A stretch of DNA of 64,000 nt from Emiliania huxleyi CCMP1516 (lineage: Eukaryota). The notes under the pieces were generated by a model that had not been told where the DNA came from, made no database searches, and saw nothing but the letters and a program-made list of their open reading frames with translations. Location: assembly GCF_000372725.1 (NCBI RefSeq), contig NW_005201338.1:42041-106040 (forward strand). Reading direction: 5' to 3'. The translations under genes and the position numbers were made by a program. This document shows positions 1 through 11,823 of the stretch, piece by piece; positions within the stretch are counted from its first letter, which is position 1, and each line of letters starts with the position of its first letter.

Positions 1-1911
1 CACCTCCACCCTCTGGCGCCTCCGCCATCGCCACCGCCTCCCTCACCGCCGCCACCCTCGCCGCCACCTCCCTCGTCACCTCCGCCCTCGCCACCGCCTC
101 CCTCACCACCTCCACCCTCGCCCCCACCACCGTCTCCGCCGCCACCCAGCCCCCCGCCGCCCTCGCCGCCACCGCCCTCACCGCCACCTCCTTCCCCCCC
201 GCCCTCACCGCCGCCACCCTCGCCCCCGCCACCGTCGCCACCGCCCTCGCCGCCTCCGCCTTCCCCCCCACCGCCCTCACCACCGCCACCCTCCCCACCT
301 CCGCCGTCGCCGCCGCCCCCCTCGCCGCCTCCACCTTCTCCTCCGCCGCCCTCGCCTCCGCCACCCTCGCCGCCGCCACCCTCGCCTCCGCCACCCTCGC
401 CGCCTCCGCCCTCGCCGCCACCGCCCTCCCCACCTCCGCCCTCGCCGCCTCCGCCCTCTCCTCCTCCGCCTTCACCGCCGCCGCCCTCGCCGCCACCTCC
501 CTCACCACCGCCACCTTCTCCGCCGCCACCCTCACCTCCACCACCAAGCCCTCCTCCGCCGTCGCCGCCACCACCCTCTCCACCACCGCCCTCGCCGCCA
601 CCCCCAAGCCCACCACCACCAAGTCCGCCTCCACCCTCACCGCCGCCCCCTTCACCACCGCCTCCCTCGCCGCCGCCCTCGCCGCCGCCCTCCCCGCCGC
701 CGCCATCGCCACCACCGCCAAGCCCGCCGCCGCCCTCTCCGCCGCCGCCATCTCCACCCCCACCTTCTCCGCCACCGCCCTCGCCGCCACCGCCCTCGCC
801 ACCACCGCCCTCACCGCCACCGCCTTCCCCGCCGCCACCTTATCCACCACCGCCCTCGCCACCGCCACCTTCCCCGCCGCCTCCCTCGCCTCCGCCACCC
901 TCACCGCCGCCGCCCTCTCCGCCGCCGCCCTCACCGCCACCCCCGAGCCCACCGCCGCCTTCGCCGCCACCACCGAGTCCCCCTCCGCCCTCGCCGCCTC
1001 CACCCTCCCCGCCACCGCCCTCACCGCCACCGCCCTCTCCGCCACCACCCTCTCCGCCACCACCAAGCCCTCCCCCGCCGAGCCCACCGCCGCCTTCTCC
1101 ACCGCCACCCTCACCTCCGCCCTCACCACCACCGCCCTCGCCACCGCCACCCTCGCCGCCACCTCCCTCTCCGCCTCCACCTTCGCCACCGCCACCTTCC
1201 CCCCCGCCACCCTCGCCGCCGCCTTCCCCTCCTCCACCCTCGCCACCTCCCCCGTCGCCGCCTCCACCTTCGCCGCCACCGTCACCGCCGCCGTCGCCTC
1301 CGCCCCCTTCGCCCCCACCCTCGCCCCCACCCCCGGGCTCTCCACCGGGCGCGCCTCCTCGCTCGCCTCCCCCGTCGCCCGCGCCACCGCTTCAGCTCGA
1401 CGAGTCGATGATCGGAACGACGATAACGCCAACGTCGGCAGTTGGCATTGCCGGGGTAGCTTCCGCCGCGGTCCTCTGCATCTTCTTCCCAATGGTCGTC
1501 GTTGCCTGGTGGCGTCGCCGTCACAGGTCGCGTGTCGTGCATGCCTTTGTGCCCGAGAGACGAAGGCAGTCGGCCGCAGGCCAGGGCTCAACACTCAAGG
1601 TGGGCGAGCTGCTGCCTAGCGACGCTGCTAGCGTTGCTGCTGCCCAGGCAGCCAGTGCAGCCGAGCACCTCGGCATTGGCCGATTTCGTGTTGGCGTCGA
1701 CGCCTCCTCCACCGGAGCTGCCACACCCGCTGCACCCGACGTAGCACAACGCCGAGGGTCAGCACAGCGCAGCACGCCAGAGGCTGACGGCCGCCGACGC
1801 AGCCATTTCTCACGACGCGTCGCGCGGATCGATCCTTCCCCCGCGGAAGGGTCGAACTGGCTGGTGATGCCTGCTCGATCCAACGGCAACGAAATCGGCT
1901 CCGTCTTGTGA
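1..1911 (+). CDS. Ser-Pro-rich (extensin/pherophorin-like) single-pass membrane protein, 5'-partial
   Basis: Frame 1 reads (SPPP/SPPPP)n from the window start into ORF 1408..1911 (...SPAPPLQLDESMIGTT...). A hydrophobic helix IAGVASAAVLCIFFPMVVVAWW is followed by basic RRRHR and a cytoplasmic tail. Confidence 0.75.
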   Translation, partial: HLHPLAPPPSPPPPSPPPPSPPPPSSPPPSPPPPSPPPPSPPPPSPPPPSPPPPSPPPPSPPPPSPPPSPPPPSPPPPSPPPSPPPPSPPPPSPPPPSPPPPSPPPPSPPPPSPPPPSPPPPSPPPPSPPPPSPPPPSPPPPSPPPPSPPPPSPPPPSPPPPSPPPPSPPPPSPPPPSPPPPSPPPPSPPPPSPPPPSPPPPSPPPPSPPPPSPPPPSPPPPSPPPSPPPSPPPPSPPPPSPPPPSPPPPSPPPPSPPPPSPPPPSPPPPSPPPPSPPPPYPPPPSPPPPSPPPPSPPPPSPPPPSPPPPSPPPPSPPPPSPPPPSPPPPSPPPPSPPPPSPPPPSPPPPSPPPPSPPPPSPPPPSPPPPSPPPSPPPPSPPPPSPPPPSPPPPSPPPPSPPPPSPPPSPPPPSPPPPSPPPPSPPPSPPPSPPPPSPPPSPPPPGSPPGAPPRSPPPSPAPPLQLDESMIGTTITPTSAVGIAGVASAAVLCIFFPMVVVAWWRRRHRSRVVHAFVPERRRQSAAGQGSTLKVGELLPSDAASVAAAQAASAAEHLGIGRFRVGVDASSTGAATPAAPDVAQRRGSAQRSTPEADGRRRSHFSRRVARIDPSPAEGSNWLVMPARSNGNEIGSVL

Positions 1912-1999
1912 CAAGGCCTTGTGTATGAATACAGTATAAATGCAAAAATCACGTAGACTACTCACGCGATGAACACCTCTGCAAAACGATCCAGAACTC

Positions 2000-4998
2000 T
2001 CACGAGGAGTCCGAGGAGTCCGAGTTCGGCCGCTCCGAATAATTTACTTCAGCGCGGCGCCGCCTGCCCTTCATGATATTGCGCTGGTCAACGTCGTCAG
2101 AGTCGACGTCCGAGCTCTCACTGGCGCTGCCGCCGTCGTCGCCCACGTCATCACAATCTCTGTCGCTGCGAGCGCTGCTGAAGAGAGAAGAGTGTGAGAC
2201 GTCAGCAGGATCGCTGGCCGACAGCGCTCGCAAGAGCTCGCGCCGAGAGCGGCAACGGCGGCTCGGGTCGTCGCGCCGATAGGCGTAGTAGTCGCCGACC
2301 GCGCTGCTCTTGTTCACCCTCGCAATCCACTGTACATGCCACCCGCCGCTCACGCGCACCGTCATGTTGGGCGCAGCCTCGTCCTTCAGCCGCTGCACCA
2401 CCGCAAGCAGCTCATCAAGCTGAGCCGCGGCCGCAGGGGCCAGCTCGTAGCCGTCCACCATTTTTGTGGCGTTGCTCGTCGTCTTCTGGTCGCGCGGTCG
2501 CCGCGGGGCTGGTGACAAGCTGGGCGACTCGCAACCACGGTGAGTAGGCTCTGACGGCGCCGCCGCCGCAGCCAACAACGGTGCTGCCGCCCTCAACGGC
2601 GCCGCAGCTACCGCCGGCGCCGCTGCCCTTGGCACCGGCGCCGCAGTCGCCGCCGGTGCCGCTGCCAGCGTCTCCCACCCGCCCTCGCTCTCGCCCTCGC
2701 TGCTGTCGTCGCGCACCACTGGCCGCCTCCTCTTGCGAGGCGTGTCCCGCGCGCTGGCTCGTCGGACGGTGGCAGTGGAGGGCGCGGCAGCGAAGGGCGC
2801 GGCAGCGGAGGGGGCTGGGGCGGAGGGCGCGGCAGCGGAGGGCGCGGCGGCGGAGGGGGCGGCGGCGGACGGGGCGGCGGCGGAGGGGGCGGCGGCGGAG
2901 CGGGCGGCGGCGGAGGGGGCGGCGGCGGAGGGGGCGGCGGCGGAGGGGGCGGCGGCGGACGGGGCGGCGGCGGACGGGGCGGCGGCGGAGGGGGCGGCAG
3001 CTGGAGTGGTGACGGACGCGGGAGTTCCCCCTGTGCCAAGCGCGGGGTCGCTGCCGGGAGTGCCGTTCTGGAAGGTGGTCCTCGCCCGGAGCCGCGGCAC
3101 CGCCTTGAGCACCGCGGTGAAGTTGCGAACGTCGTCGAAAGTGAGGCAAAGGCACCCCTTGGGCGAGCCTGCGCAGCAGCAACGCAGAGGGGGTGGGTGG
3201 GATGGGTGCGTGATGGCGCGCGCAAGCGCGTCGTGGGGAGCCACGCACCAGGGTCCGAGAAAGGGTCATACCACCGGTCGAGGCTGTGAAACGGCACCTC
3301 CACCATCCCACGGACCTTGAGCACGTTACTCCGCTTGTCAAAGGTCGCAGAAATGATGCTCGAGGTCCGCAGCTTGAGAGTGCAGAAGCCGAGACCTGGC
3401 ACCTCCCTCGCGGTGGTCCATCGGAAGGCGTCCGGCTCAAACGTGACCCTGCCCTCCCCAGACTGCCACGTGCCGACCTCGACCTTGCACCGCTGCTCGA
3501 CCTCCACCACGCGAGGCCTGACGCCGAGGCCCGTGAGGCTGCCCAAAGCCGAGCTCGGCGCAGGAGCAGGAGGGGCGGAGGCGGAGGGGGCGGGGGCGGG
3601 GGCGGCGGAGGCGGAGGAGGCGGGAGCGAGAATGGAGGAGGAGGGAGCAGAGGCGGAGGCGGTCACGTTGGGAGGAGCGGTGGACTTGGCAGGCCCTGCT
3701 TTGCTGCTCCCGGCCGCTGCAGCTTCTGCTGCGGCGGTTCTTCTCGCCGCCGCGAGGGCGGCGGCGAGACCGGCGGCGAGGCCTCCTCCCCCTCCTCCTC
3801 CACCCCCCGGCCGCAGGGCGGCGGCGAGACCGGCGGCGAGGCCTCCTCCACCTCCCCCACCCTCTGGCAGCCTGACCACTTCCGCGGGGCGGGGAGGAGC
3901 GGGTTGGGGAGGAGCGGGTTGGGGAGGAACGGGGCCCTCCTCCGCCGCCTCATCGTCCGCATCGAGATCGATCGCGTTGGCGAACCCCTCTGCGTTCCGC
4001 TCCTCCAGCGTCCGCTCACGCGTGATCGAGACGTGATCCCGCTCGTCAGATCCACCCCCCCCCAGCCGCAACTTCTCTCCTCGTCTCCCCTGGCGCCGCC
4101 GCTGCCACTCCTCCTGCCACTGCTGCTGCTGCTGCAGCTGCTGCTGCCGGCGCCACTGCTCCTCCTCAAGCGACGGCGGCGGCTGCTGTCCCCACCCGTG
4201 TGGCTCTTGCGGGTGCTGCTGGCGCGGCTGCCACTGGTGCTGCCGCCAACGCTGCTCCCGCTCAAACTGCCGCCGCTCCCGGTCTCGATCCCGCTCAAAC
4301 TGCCGCCGCTCCTGCTGCTGCTGCTGCTCCTCCAACTGCCACTGCCGCCGCCACTGCTCCGGCGACGGCTGTCGCTGCTGCCGCGGCTTGGGCGGTGGCG
4401 GCCGCCGCCCTTGCTCTCGTGGCCAAACTCCGCCCGCGCCCGTACTTGCCCAGCGGCGCGCGCTGCTGTCAATGGGCTGCTGCGGTCGCTGCTGAGGGCG
4501 CTGTTGCGGGCGCTGCCAAGGCTGTTGGTCGCCGTAGGTCCACGCACTGTCGCGGCCCGGGGCGGGAGGGCAGTCGAGGAAAGAAGGCGACCGTGGAGGC
4601 CGGTCCACGATCGGCGGCCTGTCGCGCTCCCCGCAGGGTGGCTGTCGCGGCTGTGGCTGCAGCTCTGGCTGAGAGGGTGGCTGTCGCGGCGGCGGCTGCG
4701 GCAGAGGAGGCGGCAGGTGCGCCGGTGGCGGGGGCGGTGGCAGCGAGTGCTCAGAGCGCTGCTCTCGAAGGCGCAGAAGCTGCCTCAAGTCGACGGGCGC
4801 ATCGAGCTGTGGCGGTGGCGGCAGCTGCTGCGGCGGCGGCTGCGGCGGTGGCGGTGGCGGCGCGTGCCCAGAGCACTGTTCTCGCCGGCGCAGAAGCTGC
4901 TGCCGCAAGTCAACGAGCGCATCATTTCCCGGCGCCTCTGCGACGGTCCTGCCCGAAAACGCCGCCGAGGGCGCGCGCGGCCTCCTGTACCGAGTCAT
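2000..4998 (-). CDS. Pro/Gln-rich protein with C-terminal MBD-like domain and CHZ-like motif (2 exons, ~972 aa)
   Basis: ORFs 2608..4998 and 2000..3244 join in frame through a GT-AG intron at 3248..3169 (..SDP/GSPKGCLCL..). C-terminus has GGWHVQWIARVNKSSAVGDYYAY..RRCRSRRELLRAL (MBD-like) and DVDQRNIMKGRRRRAEVNYS (CHZ-like). Confidence 0.6.
2770..3000 (-). repeat. 15-bp coding tandem repeat (AAAPS)n
   Basis: About 15 units of GGCGGCGGAGGGGGC-type sequence, translated as AAAPS. Confidence 0.9.
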
Positions 4999-5165
4999 CT
5001 CTCGCGGTGCCTCCTGTACCGACTACCGCTCTCGCCGCTCGCGCCGGACCTCGTGCCCGAACGGCGGCCAGGAACGAACATCGAAAAGAATTTACTACGC
5101 GGACGATTCACGCGACAGGCGTGAACATCGAAAAGAATTTTAAACGCTCGCACCACACTGGGCAT

Positions 5166-5235
5166 TAAAATCCCTGTGTGGTGGCGGCGTGCCGTCCTCC
5201 CATCCCTCCCTTGGGTTGGCCGTTTTCTTTTCTTT
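5166..5235 (-). repeat. Dispersed intergenic repeat family A (partial copy)
   Basis: Reverse complement of AAAGAAA..CAA..GGGAGGGATGGGAGGACGGCACGCCGCCACCACACAGGGATTTTA, also found at ~16410, 19920-20246 and 40470. Confidence 0.85.
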
Positions 5236-5244
5236 GGGGGGGCA

Positions 5245-8200
5245 TCAAAAAGAATTGTGGAAGGCTTCACAGGCCAGCTTGCTGTCGAGCTCGAGTTGAA
5301 GTCCGACGCAGGCGCAGAGTTCGCCAGTCGAGTCGAGTACGGGTTGAATCACAAGCAGGTTTTGGAATACCCCTCCGCTCTTCCGATAGTTTGTGATGCG
5401 CACACAGCATCTGCTTGCCTGCCGCACGCTCTCCTTGATCACTTCAACAGCCCCCGTCTCGGAGTCGGGACCTTGCAGGAAGCGGCAGTTTCGGCCCAGA
5501 GCCTCGTCTCCGCGGTACCCAGTCATTTTGGTGAAGGCAGCATTGATGTAGACCAATGGATTGCCGGGCTGCTTCGGGTCAGAGATGCTTACGCCGAAGG
5601 GACAGCCGTCAGCGCCTGCAGTCATGCTCGCGTGCCATTCCGCAACGTCAGAAGGAATATTGGCCCAACCCCCGAAGCGCACGCCGCGGCCCTCGCGCGC
5701 CTTGCTCATGATGGCTTCAACGTCACTGTCTACGCGGAGCAGCAGCTCTAATGCGGGTTGTCTCGCAGAGCTCAGTAGGATAGATGGCACATCATTGGAA
5801 ACCAACTTTTGGTGCATTGCCTCGGATTCGCGCATGAGCGTCTCAACAACTAGCGGCCGCGGCGGCACGACACTTGAGCCAAAGTACTGCGCGAGGATAC
5901 GGGTTGCGCACTCATCACGGCTTTCATCGTCAAAGAGAATATCAATCTCGCAAGCTTCCACCCAGAAGCTCAATGACAGCCTGGAAGCCTCGGAAGGGAG
6001 CATGTCCCGAAAGATCGCGAGTTGGTCCTCGTCGCGCGCGAGCATGCCTAGTGTGCCCTCGATGTCCTGCAGAAACGCAAACGCACCAAAGTGCTGCAGC
6101 GCACGTGCCTTGCCGGCTGCCAGGTGCGAAGTCTCGGTTGTCCCCGCAGACGTTGCAGACCGCGGCAGGGGCTCAAGTTCCACCTCGAACTGGGTGGGCA
6201 GCAAGCGCCGCAGCCGCTCAACCTCCTCGCGCCCGCCCTCGTCGAGCGTGGCGGCGTCGCTCAGCACGCCGATGCTGTAGCGGTACACGCCGTTCGAGTC
6301 GTGCACCGGCTGCAGCGACAGCAAGTTGCGGAAGGCCGTGCCGTCCGCCTTGTAGTTGGTCAGCTCGACCTGCCCCTGCCGCGCGCAGCGCACGCTCTCT
6401 ACGACGCGCCGCACGGCATCCTGCTCGGTCTGCGGGCCCTGCATGAAGCGGCAGTTGCGGCCGATGACGTCCTCGCGCGCGTGGCCGGTGAGCTGGGCAA
6501 AGGCCTCGTTGGCGGCGACGATGCGCGCGCCGGGGGCGTGCATGTCCGCGACGATGATCGCGTGCGGCAGCGCCTCCGTCGCCTCGGCCAGCATCTCGAG
6601 CCAAGAGGCCAGGCCAACGGTTTGCACCTCGGATGCTTGTGTTCCTCCCGACTCCATTCCTGCACCCATCTTCTGGAGGGCAGTCGTGCACAAGGGGCTC
6701 GTAAGGAACGAGGCAAAGACGCCGCGCAAATTTTGTGCCCGCTGCGACGCCTCCTTCTCGAGAGCTTGGCGCAACGCAAGGGCAGTTTTCCCTGCTGGTT
6801 GCTCAGACGTGTATCTCGTGAACAACTCTTTGGCTTTCTCGTCGCGCGCCTTTGGCGCCATGGCAGAAAGGCTAGAGAGCGCGCGGTAGGTTGTCCAGTC
6901 TTGCGAGCGGTGCGGGCGATGCTCGGTGACAAACTGCTCGAAAGAGGAGGTGAAGGACTCGCTCAGGAGCAGAGCATCAAAGGCCGCCTCCAGGCCACCG
7001 CTCCATTTCAAACATGTGAACGCAATCGTTGGATCGAAAGCATCTAGTGCCTTGAGCACTATCGTGTGCTCGCGGCAAAAGCGCACGCTGTCCGCCACGT
7101 CGCATCCAGCCGCTTCCGAATCGGTCGGGGGTGGAGCTGTTGAAAGGATAGGCGGCATCAACGGCGCACTTGTGGGCAAGAACTGCACCAGCGTGCTGGC
7201 GAACGAGTGCTTCAGCTGCGACGCATCGCACTGCACGCCAATGTAGAACCTCGCGGCGCCCTCTGCGTCGGTGACGGCGCGCAAGCAGAGCAGGTTGAGG
7301 AAGGTCTCGCCACTGCGCTTGTAGTTGGTGATCCGGACGCTGCAATCTGCGCCGCTGCGGATTGCACCAACGATGGCCGCCACGGCGCCCACCTCCGTCT
7401 CGGGGCCCTGGAGGAAGCGGCAGTTCCGCCCGAGCACTTCTGACCTGCTGTAGCCGACCGTCCGACAGAAGGCCTGGTTGACGTAGATGAGAGGGTGGCC
7501 TGCCACGCGCGGGTCCGAGATGGTGACGCACTCGGGGCTCTCGTCCACAGCGCTGACGATGGAGTAGAGCCAGCCAGACGCCGCAGGCTCCACGCGGTAC
7601 TGGTCCCAGAGCAGGTGGGACGCGCTGCCAAAGGGACGCTCGCACCCCACCGGCAGCCGCCGTACCACCGCGTCGCTGGATGGCGAGCACAAGAAGGAGG
7701 GAATCCACTCCCTTGCGAAGGCCTCGGCCGTTTCGCCGGCTGCCTGCAGGAGTTGATCAACCAGCTCCGCTGGCGAGGCGCCCTCGAAGCCCGGCATGAA
7801 CGCGTCGGCCAGCTCGCGCGCCTGGGCCGCCTGCGCGTCTGCGGGCTGCGCGCTCAGCTCTCGCACCGCGAGCAGCAGCTCGAGCTGCTTCAGCCCAGAC
7901 TCGCCCACGCCCTGCCCAAGGTGCCTCAACAAATCTTCCCTTGCATTGAAGTCGAGAAGTACCGCGTCGAGGCTACTGCGCGTGTTGTTCAGCCAGAAGA
8001 TTCGAGCGCGCTCCAATGGGGAGGTGGAGAAGTCCGCCACCGGCGGCAGCTCGGCACTCTGCTCTGTCCCGGCTTTCACACCCCACTGACACTGCTGGCC
8101 CAGGGCCGTGACCACCTTGTCATGCACCAGCTCCGTCATCTTTCGTCGAGCCTCGTCGGCGTGCGGAATGCCCAGCAAGTTGAGCACCTGCTCATTGGTC

Positions 8201-8348
8201 TTTTTGCGCTCTGCAACGTGCGCAGGCGGTCGTCAGCTGCGGGCCAGAGTGAGGAGGGACTGCAGTGAGGTGGCGTCGGACCTTCCTCGAAGGCACGGGT
8301 CGCCGCGAACGACTTGATGTCATCGTGGTGACCCTGCGAATCTGCCAT
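5245..8348 (-). CDS. Blue-light photoreceptor with three LOV domains, each preceded by an RGS-like helical domain (~1010 aa, 2 exons)
   Basis: GRNCRFLQG (~7431), GRNCRFMQG (~6462) and GRNCRFLQG (~5496) with complete LOV cores. Exon 1 8348..8282 (MADSQGHH..FEE) joins the 980-aa ORF in frame through GT-AG intron 8281..8211. RGS-like segments include IFRDMLPSEASRLSLSFWVEACEI..ATRILAQYF. Confidence 0.9.
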
Positions 8349-8806
8349 GCTCACATGCAGTCGCGGGCCCTGTGCTCTTCAGGTGCGCCGTCCGAAGTGT
8401 ACGCGAGAGTTGTTACAACCCCGGGGTCAAACGGTTTGATAGGATGAAACGTGCGCGGCTCTCGAGGTCTCGAGAGCCTATCGTCTACATTACCCGTATG
8501 TGGCCATACACGACTGAGTGTGTAGGACCCTGACTGCACTAGCTCTGGCTCTCTCTCTCGCTCTACTCCTGCGGCGCTGCGGGGGCGGGGGCAGGGGCCC
8601 CGGCCCCAAGCCCAGCTGGAGGCTGGACGCCCCCTCACAGATCCCCAAATCCCAAAACGGCCGTCGTACATGCACCTATGGTAGCACGGAGCCCGCGCCC
8701 CCGGTCCTCCCCCCCTCCTCGCCGTACCTCCGCTTTGCAGCCAAGAGGTGGGGCAAGCGCGGGGGCCGGTTCTCGCAGGATCACCGGTTCGGCAGGGAGG
8801 TGCCTC

Positions 8807-11171
8807 TCACCGCTGCACCAGCACGCTGCGGACGTGGACGTCGAGCCGCATGAAAGAGCGAAAGTCGAGGGCGTCGACGTCGATCTTGATGTCGCCCGAG
8901 TTGAGCGGCACGAGAGCGGCCGGGCAGCACTTCTTCACCATCCGCTGCACCTCGAGCATCTCGCTCGAACGCAACCGCTTCGCGTTGAACCAAAAGTGCA
9001 GCCGCATCTGCGGCGTCACGATCGCCGTGCCCGACGGGTTGGTGACGGCACCGTTGAGAGAGCGCTCGTCGCCGCCCGCCGGCGCGTTCTGCGCCGACTC
9101 GAAGGTGGCCTCAGCGTGCCGAAACTTTGCCTCCGCGAGGTCGCGGCACTCGCTGACAGGCTTTGCGATCCACGAGTCGGCGCCGTTGAAGCGGAGCGCG
9201 TTGGCCCACACGAGCTCGACGTCGGCCTTCATCGCCTCCGCCGTCGAGTACTCGCCCCGGTCGAGCTTCTTGAAGACGGTGCCCAGGTCCATCGGCTGCG
9301 TGATGATGCTCGGGTACTCCCAGAGCTTCAGCTTCTTCCAGTTGACCTACGCGGCGACGCACACGCCTCACCGCACACACACACAGCGCCGCCCCCACTC
9401 GCGTGCCGCGCCGGCGCGCGGAAGGCGGCCCCACCGCTGTGCATTCCACAGCGAGTACACCGCCTTCTTGTACATCGCCCGCACGCGAGCCGCTTCACCG
9501 GTCGCCTCCTCCTTGAGGTACGTCGCAGCGGGCAGCGCGCGCGGTCGCGGCGGTGGCGGCGCCGCTCTCGCAGCGCCGGCCGCGGGCGGTGCGGCTGTCG
9601 CTGGCGGCGCCAGAGCGGCCAGAGGCGACACCGGCCGCGCCNNNNNNNNNNNNNNNNNNNNNNNNNNNNNNNNNNNNNNNNNNNNNNNNNNNNNNNNNNN
9701 NNNNNNNNNNNNNNNNNNNNNNNNNNNNNNNNNNNNNNNNNCAAGACAGATTTTCGATGGATTGTGGAAAAGGAGAATATAAGAATTGGAGGTATATGGC
9801 ATAGATTTAATACAATAGGGGGGGGGGGGGGGCGCACGTGATTGCGTTGCTCCAGACGAGGCGCATGTCGCGGACGAAGCCTCCCGCGTCGGTGTACTCC
9901 TACGGACATGTCTCGGACCTGTCACGGACGTGTCTTGGACCTGTCCCCTCTCCCGCGCGTGTGTCGTCCTTGCGGTCGAGGCGCTGCTCGACGGTGCCGA
10001 GGTCCATCGGGTGGGTGATCACCGTCGGGTAGTCGGGGATGTTGAGCGCAACCTGCGAGAGGAGTGGGCTGTCCTCACCATCTGCCACCCATCGTCCCTC
10101 CTTCGGGCGGTGTGCCGCCACCGGGTCGACGGGCGCGAGGAAGTCACGCGCCTGTGGCACCATTCGTCACTCATTACCGCGCACCATCCGACTATGAGTC
10201 GAGAGGAGAATCGCCGCGGCCTGAGGCATCTGCAGAAAGGGGCGCAGCAGCGAGCGGCACTGGCCGAGGGTCATCTCGAAGCTGTCCGCCTCCACCGCAC
10301 CCGCCGCAGCGCTCGCCCCGCCCGCCGCGCCCGACCGCCCCGCCGGCCGCGCGGCGGCGGGCGGCGCCGGCGCGCGCTTTCGCGCGGGCGCGGCCGGCGG
10401 CGGCGCGGCGGCGTCGAGGGCGATGGCGGCGGTGTCTGCGAAACCGGACTGGCTGAACTTTCGCTTGGTGTGCTCCCGGAGGGTCGACGCGTCCGCCCCG
10501 ATCCACGACGTCGGCCCGTTGAAGTCGATCGCGTTCTGCCAGATGAGGTCGATGTCGCGCCTCAGGTCGGCGACCGTGCCGTACCGGCCCCGCTCGAGGT
10601 TGGAGGAGACGGTGGCGAGGTCCATCGGCTGCGTGATGATGGTCGGGTAGTGCGGCAGGTTGAGCGCCACGTAGTCCACCGGCACGCGGAACGGCTTCGA
10701 GCGCGCGTGCGACTGCAGGCTGCGCAGGAGGGGCCGCAGCTTTGAGGCGGGCACGCCGTCCGCCGCGTCAGAGTCCGGCGCGGGAGGCGCGGGCCGGTCG
10801 CACGAGCCGACCAGGGCCTCGAGCCGGTCGTCGAAGGCCTTCTCGAGCGCCCTGGCCGCCTCGTGCACCACCGAGCCGACCGGGTTGTACAGCCGCGCGT
10901 TGTACCAGACGAGCTTGACGTCGGCCACAAACTCCTCCGTCGTCGCATAGCTGCTCGCGTCAAGCTTCTTCTCGATCGTGCCGAGGTCCATGGGCTCGCG
11001 GACGATGGTGGGGTAGTCGGGGATGCGCAGCGCGACGACGTCGACCGGCTGCAGAAAGTAAAACGCCTGGTCCATCTTGCTGATCGGCTTGAGCAGGTCG
11101 CGGCCCGCCAGCCGCAGCGAGATGGCGCCGCACGAGCCGGCCGGGACTTGCGGCCGGGAGTAGGTGGACAT
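8807..11171 (-). CDS. BET-family protein: four bromodomains plus C-terminal ET domain (multi-exon, spans an assembly gap)
   Basis: Four PVD/PVN..YP.II..PMDL.T..K/R..Y....D..LVW.NA motifs at ~11060, ~10680, ~10040 and ~9320. ET-like tail VTPQMRLHF..MVKKCCP..IKIDVDALDFRSFMRL. Confidence 0.8.
9642..9741. other. Assembly gap (100 N)
   Basis: Run of N. Confidence 1.
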
Positions 11172-11823
11172 GGCGCCCCCACAGCGGGACTCGCCCCCAC
11201 ACCGGCGCAGCAGCAGCGGACGCGAGCACGCCTGCAGGCGGCGGTGCCGGTGCGGTGAGCGGCGGCGGGCGCGCGGCAGCGCGGCGCGAGAGTGGGCGCG
11301 TGAAGTGGCGCATGAGCCGCGCGGCCGCTGCCGATTCGCGCGCGCGGCGCGAGAGGAGTGGCGGGAGCAGGAGCGGAGGACACGGGCCGGGGCGGGGCGC
11401 GCGCCGGGCGAGAGCGAGCGGAGAATAACGCGAAAAGCGGCTGGGGAGGGGAGTTGCCGCAATACGATAACGGTCCCGCCGACGAGCCGGGGGGCCGAGG
11501 CCGGAGGGCCCCGGGGGGGGCTTGGGGTCAGCTGTCGGAGGAGGCGAGAGATGGGCTGGCGCGACCTCTGCGAGTAGAGTCGGGACGTGCGAGCTCACTC
11601 ACCGGGGGAGGGAAAGGCCCGTCCGTTGCAGTCAGTGGCAGCCGGATCACCGCGACCTTCGGCAGGGAGGGCCACGCCTCCCCGAGCCTGAAGAGGAGCC
11701 GGCGGAAGGGGGGGGCGAGCCAAGGACGATAGAGAGGCCGCGGGTGCGGGCACGACTCGCCGACCAGAGGGAGAGCGGGCTCGACCTCCCGGAGGTGGAA
11801 GCGGGAGTGACCCAATGCCACCG

